A stretch of DNA of 64,000 nt from Malacoraja senta (Eukaryota): NCBI GenBank assembly GCA_038087875.1, contig JAXLNO010000050.1, forward strand, positions 62,001 through 126,000. The letters run 5' to 3'. The position numbers were made by a program, and so were the translations under genes. Positions 12,649 to 24,745 of the stretch are shown here, piece after piece (position 1 is the stretch's first letter; each line of letters opens with the position of its first letter). The notes under the pieces are model-generated. The model searched no databases. It saw only the letters and a program-made list of their open reading frames with translations, and was not told where the DNA came from.

Positions 12649-13718
12649 ATGAGTAAATTGACTCCAGCTGTGAGCCCTCAGAGAGCTGTGAATAAGCTGT
12701 CGAAAAAGTTCGAAGCAGAAGTTACCTCTGAAGTCTCTGAAGTGGCTGCAGAAATGGATACAAGATCTAAGAAAGACTTTGATGACTTGAAGAAATCAAT
12801 GAAAATTTTGAAAGATGAGATCTCGGATAATAGGGTGGAAGATAAGAAGGAAATGAAGGAAAATTCGGCAAAATGATGGAAGGAATGGAGAAGATGATGA
12901 AGGATTTAAACGCTGGTAACCAGAAGAATATGACGGATTTACTGGACATTATGAATAAACGAATTGATGAGGTGAAAGATGGACTATCAGAGAAAATGGA
13001 TAAGATGGATGTAATTACTACGGATAAGTTCACGGCTGTACTTGAAACAGTAGCTGCAAGTATGCACACAATTACGGAATTGGAGAAAAATACGGCTCGA
13101 CTGGTTGAAGACATGGCGAAATTGAGGCAAGAACATGAGCAAATGAGGCGAGAAAACGAACAAGCATCACTACAAATGGGGACTCAATTAGAGAAAGTCT
13201 CATTCAAATGCCTGGACCTGGAAGCTCGCTCTAGACGCCAGAATTTGAGAATTCTTGGTGTTTCAGAGGGGGCAGAAGGGGAACAGGTACGTGAATTTGC
13301 CATGGGCTTGTTGAAACAACTGTTGAATCTTTCCAAGGAACCGAAAATCGAAGTGGCTCATCGTGTCCCAAGATTTGGAAAAAGATCTGATGCGGGAAAA
13401 GCTTATCCACGACATATTATAGTGAAATTTCGAGATACTGCAGAACTGGAATACGTTATGAGTAAAATCAAATATGGTGTACAATTACGGCTGGACAAGG
13501 ACACTATTAAGATATTCAGGGACTACCCACATGAAATTGTGCAAAAAAGAAACAAATTTGATAAGGTTAAAGATCTTTTAAGAGGGAGAGAAGGGGTCAG
13601 ATTTGGGGTTTTTTATCCCGCGAAAATGCGTATTTCCTTTAATGGTCTTGAAAAGTCATTTGGTAAGCCTGAAGACGCTTTCAAATATGCCCAAACGATT
13701 GTTGAAAAACAGAAATAA
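12649..13718 (+). pseudogene. L1 ORF1p (coiled coil, RRM, CTD), one apparent frameshift near 12873
   Basis: Motifs LEARSRRQNLRILGVSEG, IEVAHRV, PRHIIVKF, IFRDYP, YPAKM. Confidence 0.9.
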
Positions 13719-14527
13719 AAGGGAGCTTTGGCAGATCCGAATAATTCTCAGCTATGTTTTGTCTGGGGATAGTTACACTGTTATCTCTGGAATGTTGAAG
13801 CAAGGACATTTTCTGTTCAAAACGTGTAAACAACTTTATAGCTGGAATATGAATTAGAAAATAATTGCTTATTGATTAAAATGTTATAACCAATTGTAAG
13901 AACTTATCCTATTAACAACTTTAAAAGTTATGCAGGTTAGATTAGAATACTAACAAAAAAAACAAAAAAATAATGAACTAACATACTAATATGAATTTTT
14001 AATAAATTGTAACCTTGTCTATAAGCGGGAGGAGGGGATGAGAAACGATCTCCTGGCTTATGTCCAGGAGCACGTCTCGTTAACCCCTTCAACCAACAGC
14101 TGATTCTTATTGAAATCAAAAATATTGGTTTAATAATTAAACTCTGATATATATATATATATGTTATAAGGAAATATCAGGGTAAAATTGTATTATATAT
14201 CTGAATGTGAGGCCTCGTTTTAATATTTTAATATGTTATGATTAACTAAGAGAGCGGAGCTAGTTGAGCAACAACGCAATGGAAGTCAAAATAAGGTTTT
14301 TTCCCACCTACAGGTGGGTCACTCGCTACAGTGCCGACTATAGACACTGTAGCCTCACTTTTTTAGTTTTTTTTTATCACATAAAATCACTTGTTTGTGT
14401 TTTGTGTTTAGTGATAAGAATAATATGGACATACCAACAAAAGTTAATAATTCAAAAACTCCCCCAATACCTAAAGACCTGGGATATGGACGCACCACAA
14501 GATTCAAAGGTACTATAATTATTCAAA

Positions 14528-17500
14528 ATGCATGACACCACACAAAAGAACCTAGGAGGAATCTCATTTTGTAGTTGGAATATAAGAGGTATTAACGAAC
14601 CTATCAAAAGGGGTAAGATATTAGCTCAGCTAAAAATGTATAATTCTGACATTACCTTCCTACAAGAAACACACCTAAAACCTCAGGACCAAGTTAGGCT
14701 GAGGGCGAAATGGATAGGCCAAACATACCACTCTTCATTCACTTCAAAATCTAGAGGCACGTCAATTATCATAAGAAAAGGTATACCATTTAAAGCAAAG
14801 AATATTATAACAGATATAGAAGGGAGATACCTAATAGTTAATGGAGAAATCCATGATACTCCACTTACTTTGGTAAATATATATGCCCCTAACTTTGATA
14901 ACCCCCACTTTTTCAATAAAATCTTCAATATAATTGCAGAGTCAAACTATCAAAATGTTATAATAGGCGGAGACTTTAACTGTGTTTTAGATCCGTACTT
15001 AGATAAATCAAGTCAAAAACAGAGAGGGAATATGAAATCGAAAACTGGGGAACTCCTCAATACCTACATAAATAACACTAATATAGCAGATGTTTGGAGA
15101 ATTGTGAATCCAACTGGCAGGGAATATTCGTTTTACTCAATGGTACATAAGACATACTCACGTATAGACTACTTTCTGCTGGATACAAAATTAATCCCCC
15201 AAACATCTAATGCAATATACCATACAAATTCAATTTCAGACCATTCTCCACTAACTTTCTTTTTAAAATTGGAAGGATTGTCTAAGAATAATTCATTCTG
15301 GAGATTTAACTCTCAAATTTTAAAAGATCCACAAGCGAGTATATATTTAAAAGAACAAATGGAGGTCTTTTTTCAAACAAATGATACTTCAGATATATCG
15401 CCTACTTTACTTTGGGAATCTTTTAAAGCATACATTAGGGGTATTATAATTTCATAACAAGCTTTTCAAAATAAAAAGAATAAGAATGAACAAAGACAGT
15501 TAGAAGAACTTATTAGACAAATGGATATAGATAATGCTAAAGATCCATCAATAGATAAACATAATAAAATAATAATTTTAAAATTTAAATTAAATAAATT
15601 ACTATCTGCCAAACTTATAAGACTTTTTCAAATTACAAAACAAGAGCACTTTGAATTTGGGGATAAACCGCATAAACTTTTGGCTCGCCAGCTAAAAAAA
15701 CGAGAAAAGGAACATACTATACCAAAGATCAAATCAGATAAAGGGGAATTATTAACAACACCGAAGGATATTAATAAAAGATTTGCGCAATTTTACGAGA
15801 ATTTGTATACATCTAAAACGATAATTGATTCCAATAATATCACAAAGTTCTTGGATACCTGTAATCTTCCAAAGTTAGAGCTGAAGGAACAAGAGGAACT
15901 GGGTGCACAAATCTCAATTAAGGAATTAGAAGATACAATAAACTCACTAAAAAATGGAAAACACCAGGCCCTGATGGATTTACTAATGAATTTTATAAAA
16001 GCTTTTATGATAAAATAATACCAAGATTACAAAAAATGTACCAATACGCTTTTAAAAAACGAATACTACCTGATACATTAGCGGAATCAACGATTACATT
16101 AATACCTAAGAAAAATAAGGATTTAGAAGAACCTGGCTCATATAGAGCTATAGCATTGTTAAACACAGATCAAAAAATATTAGCGAAAACATTAGCCAGA
16201 AGATTAAGTAAATACATTAGTAAATTAATAAACCCAGATCAGACAGGGTTTATCCCTAAGAGATACTCTTCTAATAATATGAGACGTCTACTCAACATAA
16301 TGCACTCACACAAATCTGAAGATCAAGAATTATCAATTATTTCGCTGGATGCTGAAAAAGCATTTGATCAAGTAGAATGGAATTATATGGATAAAGTATT
16401 ACAAAAATTTCAACTGGGAGAGAATTTTATTTTATGGATTAAGTTACTATATAACAAACCTACAGCTAGAAAGTTACTAATAACATATTATCCTCGAAAT
16501 TTCAACTATCAAGGGGAAATAGACAAGGATGCTCATTATCACCACAGCTGTTTGCTCTCATTAATGAACCGCTAGCAGAAAACATTAGAATACACCCTGA
16601 TATTCATGGATATAATACTAAAGACTCATATAATAAAATATCTTTATACGCGGATGATATATTATTGTATATTACAAAACCTCAAATCACTATACCAAAT
16701 ATATTAAATTTAATTGAAGACTTCGGATCTTTTTCTGGATATAGAATAAATTGGAATAAAAGTGAAATTATGTCAATAAAACCGAAAGATTCAACACATC
16801 TTTTAAAATTCCCTTTTAAAATAGCTACAGAAAAATTTAAATATTTGGGAATCGAAATTACCAGAGCATATCAAGGTATGTTCAGGGCAAATTTTGACCC
16901 CCTACTTAATAAACTGAATACATTAATTAAATTCTGGAAAACGCTCCCGATGTCTTTAATAGGCCGAATAAACGCAATAAAAATGATCTTTTTACCACAA
17001 ATTTTATACCTATTTCAATCAATTCCTATATACTTACCTAAGAAGTTTTTTAATAAACTCGACTCAGATATCACTAATTTTATATGGGACTATAAATCAC
17101 ATAGAATACAAAAAACCCATCTGAAGAAATCTAAAGTATTGGGGGGTCTAGCACTACCTAATTTTATGTATTATTATTGGTCAGTAAATATTAAAAACAT
17201 GATTCAACTGATGGATAACTCCGCCCAGCAAGTAGACTGGATTGTAATGGAGAAAGAGGATTGCTCCTCTAGAAACATTGGAGCGATCCTCCTCTCTCCA
17301 ATGAAATTGAATAACATAAACTATAATAAGAACCCAATTATTCATAGTACAATCCGTATTTGGAAACAAATAAAACAAAATTTAAAATTAAGAAACTTAT
17401 CACTTTTATTACCTATAGTCAATAACCCTTCGTTTAGTCCTTCCATTATAGATAAAGCTTATACACAATGGGATAGACTAGGAATTAAAACGCTTGGTGA

Positions 17501-18317
17501 CTTGTATGAAACTGGAAAATTACTTTCATTTCAACAATTACAAATAAAATATAAACTCGGAAATAATCAATATTTTAAATACTTTCAAATATGCGACTAT
17601 TTGAAAAAATATACAAAAGATCATCATAATAACCCAGCAGATGTACTGGACGAGGCAATGCAGATAAAAGCGGAATCAGCAAACTTAATATCATATTTGT
17701 ACAATATTATCTTAAATGCACAAATACCATCTACGGAGGGTATCAGAAGAGACTGGGAACAAGAGTTAGCTATTAAAATTTCAAAGGAAAGTTGGAATGA
17801 ATACTTATTAAAAGTGCATAAATGCTCGATTAATGTAAGACACACTTTAATACAATTTAAAATTTTACATAGATTATATTATTCGAAAACTAAAATTCAT
17901 AAAATTTTCCCAAACGTATCATCTATTTGTGATAAATGTCAATCCCAAGAAGCAACTATAGCGCACTCATTTGTCTTCTGTACAAAAATTCAAAAATTTT
18001 GGAATGAAATTTTTGAAATCTTTACAAAGTTATTTAAAACAAGACTGATACCCAAAGCAGAATGGATTATCTTCGGAATAACGGAAGATGATCCAGAACT
18101 AAATGTGTTTCAAAAGAAATTAATGGATTATGGGTTAATAACTGGAAAAAAGCTAATTCTAAAATTTTGGAAGAAGGCTCCAATACCAACTATAAATATG
18201 TGGATTTCAAATATGTTTGAAACATTACACCTTGAAGAGATAAGACTCCTCCTAGCAGGTAAACCAGATCACTTCCACCTGACGTGGTCTGCATTTATAG
18301 AATTATTACAAACATAG
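14528..18317 (+). pseudogene. L1 ORF2p (APE endonuclease, RT, CCHC), broken by a stop at 15455-15457 and frameshifts near 15960 and 16490
   Basis: SWNIRG, LQETH, GGDFN, SRIDY, SDH; YRAIALLN, SLDAEKAFD, YADD (~16646); CDKC...H...C. Confidence 0.93.
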
Positions 18318-19264
18318 GGTGCAAAAGTACTTTAAAAAAATAAAAAATTGAGGTCGGGTAAGGGGGGATGATAGTTGAAGAGTTGGTATGTCCTATTTAC
18401 GTGATGCTCAAAAAAAAAACATTTGTTTGTTTCTCTTTTTTTCTCTTTCTCTTTTCTTTTCTTAGGGCCTATTTCTTAACTCTTTTTCTTTTTGTTTTTA
18501 ATTTCGCTCTTATAGGGTCTTCGTCCTTTTTTGTTGTTACATTTTCTACACTTTTCTACACTTGCACTTTTTCCTTCACTTTCTTCTCTCTTTCAATCTT
18601 TTCTTTCTCTAGTGTAAAAAAATAAATAAAGGGAGTACATTAATTGTAAGAAGATATAAATGACGAGTATTAATGTATGTGGTTGTAATGTAATGTACTT
18701 CTAATAAATAAAAATTAAAAAAAAAAAAAAAGAAAAGCTCAGAGGTGGCAGAAGAGCCCTACGTCCCTATGTTCCCAATGTAGGGGGGAGTCCAGAACCA
18801 GGGGTCACAGTTTAATAATAAGACCCGCTGAGTCACTCCACCTTTTATCTTGGTCTATTAACAGATTCAGATCTACCTTAGATCTCCTTTTGTAAGCCTG
18901 CTTGACGCTGTCCTTTTTCACCGGCATTCTCGATACTCCTTTCTTGGGTTATTAATCCACACAGTGAAGGTTAGAGTTTCGATCTCTAGTAGCTACCAGC
19001 TGTTTCAATGTCTGGCAGAATGGGTTTGGTGAACCCACTTCAAGTTGACAGATGGAATGGAGCCCGTCTCTCATGGTTACGGATGCAGTTCACTGTGAGG
19101 TCACCGGCCAGGCACATTATGAGGTCACCTCTGATTATGTTGGTTTACAAACTTGCGATCTTACGAATGGAAGGCCGGCCCTGAAGGGAATAAACCACTT
19201 CCCCATATGACCACAGGTCACAGTGGTTATAACCAACTGGACCCAAGTGGTAGATACAAGGAAC

Positions 19265-19577
19265 TCAGTTCAGTTGAGTTTATTGTCACGTGTACAGAGA
19301 CATGCTTTTTCTCACGTGTTAAAAACAGTCAGCAGAAAGACAATGCATGATTACAATTGAGCCATTTACAGTGTGTAGATACATGGTAAGGGAATAAAGT
19401 TTAGTGCAAGGTAAAGCCAGCAAAGTCCGATCAAGGATAGTCCGAGGGTCACCAATGAGGTAGATAGTAGTTCAGCACTGTTATCTGGTTGTGGTAGGAT
19501 GCTTCAGTTGCCTCATAACAGCTGGAAAGAAACTGTCCCTGAATATGGAGATGCGCGTGTTCACACTTCTGTGCCTT
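19265..19577 (-). mobile_element. Rex1/Babar-like LINE 3' fragment (related pieces at ~22230-22465, ~34390-34470, ~42590-42745)
   Basis: Minus strand reads RHRSVNTRISIFRDSFFPAVMRQL, like the C-terminus of the 56.6-58.4 kb element. Tail GACAATAAAC(TGAAC)n. Confidence 0.65.
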
Positions 19578-20098
19578 TCCTAATTTGAGGAAGGACATTC
19601 TTGCTATTGAGGGAGTGCAGCGTAGGTTAACCCGGTTAATTCCCGGGATGGCCGGACCGACATATGATGAAAGAATGGGTCGACTGGGGTTCTATTTCCT
19701 GGAATTGAGAAGGATAAGAGGGGATCTTATAGAAACATATAAAATTCTTAAAAGAGTGAAGGCTAGCTGCAGGATCAATGTTCCCGATGTTGGGGGAGTC
19801 CAGAACCAGGGGTCACCGTTTCAGAATAACGGGTTAGACCATTTAGGACTCAGAAGAGGGAAAACGTTTCCACGCAGAAAATCTGTGGAATTCTCTGACA
19901 CAGGCAGTGGAGGCCAATTCACTGGATGTTTTCAAGAGAGAGTTGGATGTGGCTCTTAGGGCTAACAGAATCAAGGGATATGGGGAGATAGCAGGAATGG
20001 GGTATTGATTTTGGATGATCAGCCAAGATCATATTGAAAGGCGATGTTGGCTCGAAAGGCCGAATGGCCTACTCCTGCACCTATTTTCTATGTTTCTA
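19578..20098 (+). mobile_element. Old CR1 3' fragment; uninterrupted homologue of the site holding the young CR1 at 1578/4767
   Basis: Encodes RKDILAIEGVQRR...RGDLIETYKI and reads continuously through GAGTTGGATGTGGCTCTTAGGGCTAAC. Confidence 0.85.
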
Positions 20099-21750
20099 CA
20101 TCATGGTGAGTCCAGCACTCGTTGATGTCTGGTCCTGAAGAAGGTTCCGCTGAGTTACTCCAGCACTCTGTTCCTTCATGGTCTGGCTGGTGTCTTGCTT
20201 ACATGAAAGAGCTACATTGCCAATGCACACAAGCTCCAACTTTGCTGTCAACATGAAACTGTTCACAGTTCAAGAAAAGAAATACGTTGATGAAACACGA
20301 GTGATGGACAAGATAATGCTTTACAGGAGGAAGTTAAATCTGCATTGAATTAAACCCCACTTGTAGAAACTAAACTAAAGGAAGATGTTTCCAAAAGTTA
20401 TGAGCTTGATTCTATTACTCCAGAAGTGAAGGGCAGGTGCGGGAGAGTCTAAGGCAATTACACCCCTTCATTTGATCAACACAGGGGACAAGGGGTTGGC
20501 TTAATCTACTTAGATCTGTCAAGAAATAAAAGGCAAACAATATTAAATCTCAAGTGTTTTCGCTTTGAGATACAGTGTGGCAACGGGCCCTTTGGCCCAC
20601 CGAGTCCACGCAGACCAGTATTCACCTATACACCCGCACTATCCTACACACTGGGGACTTTTTACCAAAGCCAATTAACCTACAAACCTGCACGTCTTTG
20701 GTGTGTGGGACGAAACCGGAGCACCTGTAGAAAACCCACGCGGGTCACGGGGAGAACGTACAAACTCTGTACAGACAGCACCCGGGCCTCCGGCGCTCTG
20801 AGGCAGCAACTCTAATGCTGAGCCACACTACCTTGTTGGGGAAAAATACTTAAAAAGCAGCAGAATATTTTTGACATTTACCAAATGAGAGGTGTCCATA
20901 GTCAAAGTGTGTAGTTTGTTCCTGGCACAAAAATACTTCTGCTTTATCAGTTTCGCGAACAGCATTTCAGATTTTGCTTGGCAGCTTACAGCCCAGTGGT
21001 ACGAATCTTGATTTCTCACACATCTCCCACATCAGGTAGCCCCGGCATTCCCTCTCTCTCTGTATCCCTCCCCACCAAAGTCTCACCAGCTTCTCATTTT
21101 CACCCTACAAACAGCCTGTTTCCTTTATCATCATCACTTTTTTACATATCTTTCATTCATCGTACTTTTAAACAACTTTTACATCACCGTCTATATCTCC
21201 TGTTTCCTTTATCCCTAACCAGTCTGAAGAAAGGTCTCAACCCAAAACGTCACCCATTCCTTCTCTCCGGATTTTGGGCTAAATTGGTTTGTTCCATAAG
21301 GGACCACCCTTGTCGCATATTTGACTGCCACTACTCGGGTCGAGGGGACTGTCAGTTTGGAGCGCCGCGTCCAGCCCCGCGTCATCCAGCCTAACGTAGT
21401 GCAGCCCCTGGAGTGCAGCAGCAGCGCCTCGCCCGTGGACACGTCGGTCTTCAGCCCGGCCAGCTGACCGACCTTCGGACCTTCGCTTACCACCGACACC
21501 ACCACCCCTCCTTCTCATGGCCGATCATCGGTTCATGAGTTGGATAGGGTGCCGGACTTTGCGCGCAATGTAGTTTGGGCTAAAACTCCTGAGCTGGCCC
21601 GCCGGCTGGGCTTTGTGTGCAGTCCAGCACCTGGGCCAACTTATCGCTCACCAAACCATAGCCGAGTCGGTCAAGGAATTGCCCTCGGGAATTTGTCCCG
21701 TATTTTGACTTTTTGTCCCTTATTTGGGAGTGGGAAAGTTGGTAACCCTG
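19951..21750 (+). repeat. Older segmental duplicate with internal deletions
   Basis: 19951-20954 matches 1577-2585, 20957-21268 matches 10516-10826, and 21269-21745 matches 11300-11757, all collinear. Confidence 0.9.
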
Positions 21751-21829
21751 TTCCCACAAGTAATCGCACTCTGCCTCAACTAGAAAGCTTCCTAACGTCG
21801 GACAAGTATCTGCACCTAGTGCTTCCCCA

Positions 21830-22170
21830 TAAATGAGAGGAATAGATCGGGTAAATGAACAGAGTCTCTTCCCCAGAGTAGGGGAATCGAGGACCAGAGG
21901 ACAAAGGCTTAAGGTGATGGGGATAAGATTTAACAGGAATCTGAGGGGTAGCCTTTTCACACAGAGGGTGGTTGGTGTAAGGAACAAGCTGCCAGAGGAG
22001 ATAGTTGAGGCTGGGACTATCCCAACATTTAAGAAACCTTAAGACTGGTACATGGTTAGGATAGTTTGGGAGGGCTATGGGCCAAATGCCGGCAGGTGGG
22101 ACGAGTGTAGCTGGGACAGGTTGACCGGCGTGGGCATGTTGGGCCAAAGGGCCTGTTGCCATGCTGTATA
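21830..22170 (+). mobile_element. CR1 3' fragment
   Basis: MRGIDRVNEQSLFPRVGESRTRG...FTQRVV plus CR1 3' UTR. Confidence 0.85.
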
Positions 22171-22581
22171 ATGAAATGCAGGAAGCGATTTTGATTTGAC
22201 AGCCCACAAATTTCTCTGTTGATTTTTCTCAGTTCAGTTCAGTTTAGTTTATTGTCACGTGTACCAAGGTACAGTGAACAGGTTTTTGTCACGTGCTATC
22301 CAGTCAACAGAAAGACAAGACCTCATTACAATCGAGCTATTTACAAGGTACAGATATAAGGCAATAATGTTTAGTGCAAGGTAAAGCAAGCAAAGTCCGA
22401 CCAAGGATAGTCCGAGGGTCACCAATAAGGTAGATAGTAGTTCAGCACTGCTCTCTGGTTGTGCAGTTGAGCAATTCCTAGCCCAAGTGATGCGGAGAGA
22501 ATATGACTGCATTATTTTGTGAATCATAGATTGACACTGGATGATGCTGGAGTAACTCATCTCTGGATAGAAGGAATGGGT

Positions 22582-22609
22582 GACGTTTCGGGTCGAGACC
22601 CATCTTCAG
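22582..22609 (-). ncRNA. Minimal type I hammerhead ribozyme-like core in a Penelope-derived module
   Basis: Minus strand: CUGAAGA-U-GGGU(CUCG)ACCC-GAAA-CG-UC. Conserved core, 4-bp stem II, palindromic ACGU in place of stem III. Activity not shown. Confidence 0.6.
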
Positions 22610-23944
22610 ACTCTTTGTACATAGTGTACAAACTTGTGAGCATCAGCAAGAGTTCTCCTTCAATAAATTACAGTGTAACTTTCAAAGCCCAACCCAAGAG
22701 CTGTTCTTCCCTGGTCTATGCAAGCTTCAGGGCAATGCCAGACAAATAACTGGCATATCTCATTCAGTTTGCACAAATTCCGAATTGTAGATAAGAAGTT
22801 TGTTTTGCCAGCATGTTTACAGTTCCAATTAAGCAAAAAAAATAAAATAATTAATGCTTTGAATGGTCAAAAACAAATGAAGGGTCCCGTACCTGAAATG
22901 TTAATGTTTCTCTTTCCACAGATGCTGCCTGACCTGCTGAGAGAGTTTCCAGCATTTTGTTTCGTGTTTTGCAGCATCTGCATGTTTGGTTTTCCCAGGG
23001 GGCTCTCACCTGCATTTATACCCTTGACATCTGCCAAACTTGACAATGAGTTGTAGAGGGATCTTCATAACTATTGGAAGTTGGTGAGTGGAGGTGGGCG
23101 ACTTGTGTCGGAAGGAACTGTAGATGCTGGTTTACACCGAAGTTAGACACGAAAAGCTGGAGTAACTCAACGGGTCAGGCAGCATCTCTGGAGAAAAAGG
23201 AATAGGTGACATTTCGGGTCGAGACCCTTCTTCAGGCTACTTGCTTTTTTCACACAAATGGTGGTTGAGGCGGGGACTATCCCAACGTTTAAGAAACAGT
23301 TAGACAGGTACTTGGATAGGACAGCTTTAGAGGGATATGGGCCAAACGCAGGCAGGTGGGACCAATGTAGACGAGGCATGTTGGTTGGAGTGGGCAAGTT
23401 GGGCTGAAGGGCCTGTTCCCATACTGTACAACTCTATGATGTAGCAAATGTGCATACATATTATATAACCTCACAATGACACCTTAATATGGGCCAGAGA
23501 ACAACATGGCCATTTTACTGTTAGTAAGATGGATGAACAACACAAGAGCAATGGGAACAATACTGAGCTTCCCACCAAAACACACAGCTACCCAATGTCT
23601 TCAGCATCTGGGGAAGGGTCCCGACCCGAAACGTCACCCATTCCTTCTCTCCAAAGATGCTGCTTGTCTCGCTGAGTTACTCCAGCATTTTGTGTCTACC
23701 TAATGTCACACTTACATCAAAAATACACCGTTAAGGAATGTACGTTTCGATCCTGCTAAAGTTGGGGGTCTTCAATCTAGTGTGGGATGCATTACAAATC
23801 TAGAGCCTGGTAGCTTATACACAAACAAAGATACCATAACTGAAAAGAGGGCAGGATCACAATTGCAATCAAACACCGTGTTGCATATTGAAAACTTGTT
23901 AAATTAGCAATAATTGCATCTTGGAACTTTGATCAAAACTTTTA

Positions 23945-24420
23945 GGGTGGCACAGTGGTGCAGCTGGTAAAGTAGCTATCTCGCAAAGCCAGAGATCGGG
24001 GTTTGATCCTGGCCTCTGGCGCTGTTTGTGTGCAGTTTGTACGTTCTCTCCGTGACTGCGCAAGTTTAGTCCAGGTGCTCCAGTTTCCTTATGCATTCTA
24101 AAGACGTGGGGTTTTGTCGGTTAATTGGCCTCTAGTGTGTAGGATGCAAAAAGTGTGACAACGTGAACCTACTGAACGGATGAACAATGGTCAGTGTGGA
24201 CTCAGTGGATCGAAGACTAAAACTAACACAATCTGGCTTCCTCTGGTATCCTTCCAAATCCCAAAGACGTATGGGTTTGTAGGTTAATCGGCCTGTAGAG
24301 ATAGCCCCAGGGAGTGAATGGGAAAGTGGGATAGCATAGAACTATAGTGTGAATGGGTGATCTATGGTTAGTATTGGCTGTGGGCCGAAGAACACATTTC
24401 CATCCTGTATCACTAAGCTA
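23945..24420 (+). mobile_element. HE1-like V-SINE followed by a second partial copy
   Basis: GGTGGCACAGTGGTGCAG head and V domain, then a repeated 3' half. Confidence 0.75.
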
Positions 24421-24516
24421 AACCTTTAAGTGGTATCGTTCAAATCTACAACTAGTCTCGGAATGTTAAATCCCTGCACAGAAGTCGTGGCACTACTGTG
24501 GTCAAAGGAAAACCAG

Positions 24517-24745
24517 AAACACACACAGACACACACACAGAGACACACACACACACAGATAGACAGACACACAGATACACACACACAGACACACACAAAC
24601 ACAGAGACGCACATACAGACAGACACACATACAGACACGCACACACATACACACACACAGACACACGCAGACACAAACACACACACAGACAGCCACACAC
24701 AGCCACATACAGACACACATGCACACACACACAGAAACACACACC
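24517..24745. repeat. Compound (CA)n/(GACA)n microsatellite
   Basis: Directly visible. Confidence 0.97.

Larger units (their letters stand above)
12463..18730 (+). mobile_element. Full-length LINE-1 (L1), ~6.27 kb, recently inactivated
   Basis: 5' UTR, ORF1, ~0.8-kb inter-ORF spacer, ORF2, T-rich 3' UTR, AATAAA and poly(A). TSD AAAGAAAAGCT at 12452-12462 and 18729-18739. Confidence 0.95.

Noticed and set aside
22999..23083. Plus-strand exon candidate (cccag ... gtgagt)
   Set aside because: The best-looking frame has an internal TAG and the peptide is not recognisable.
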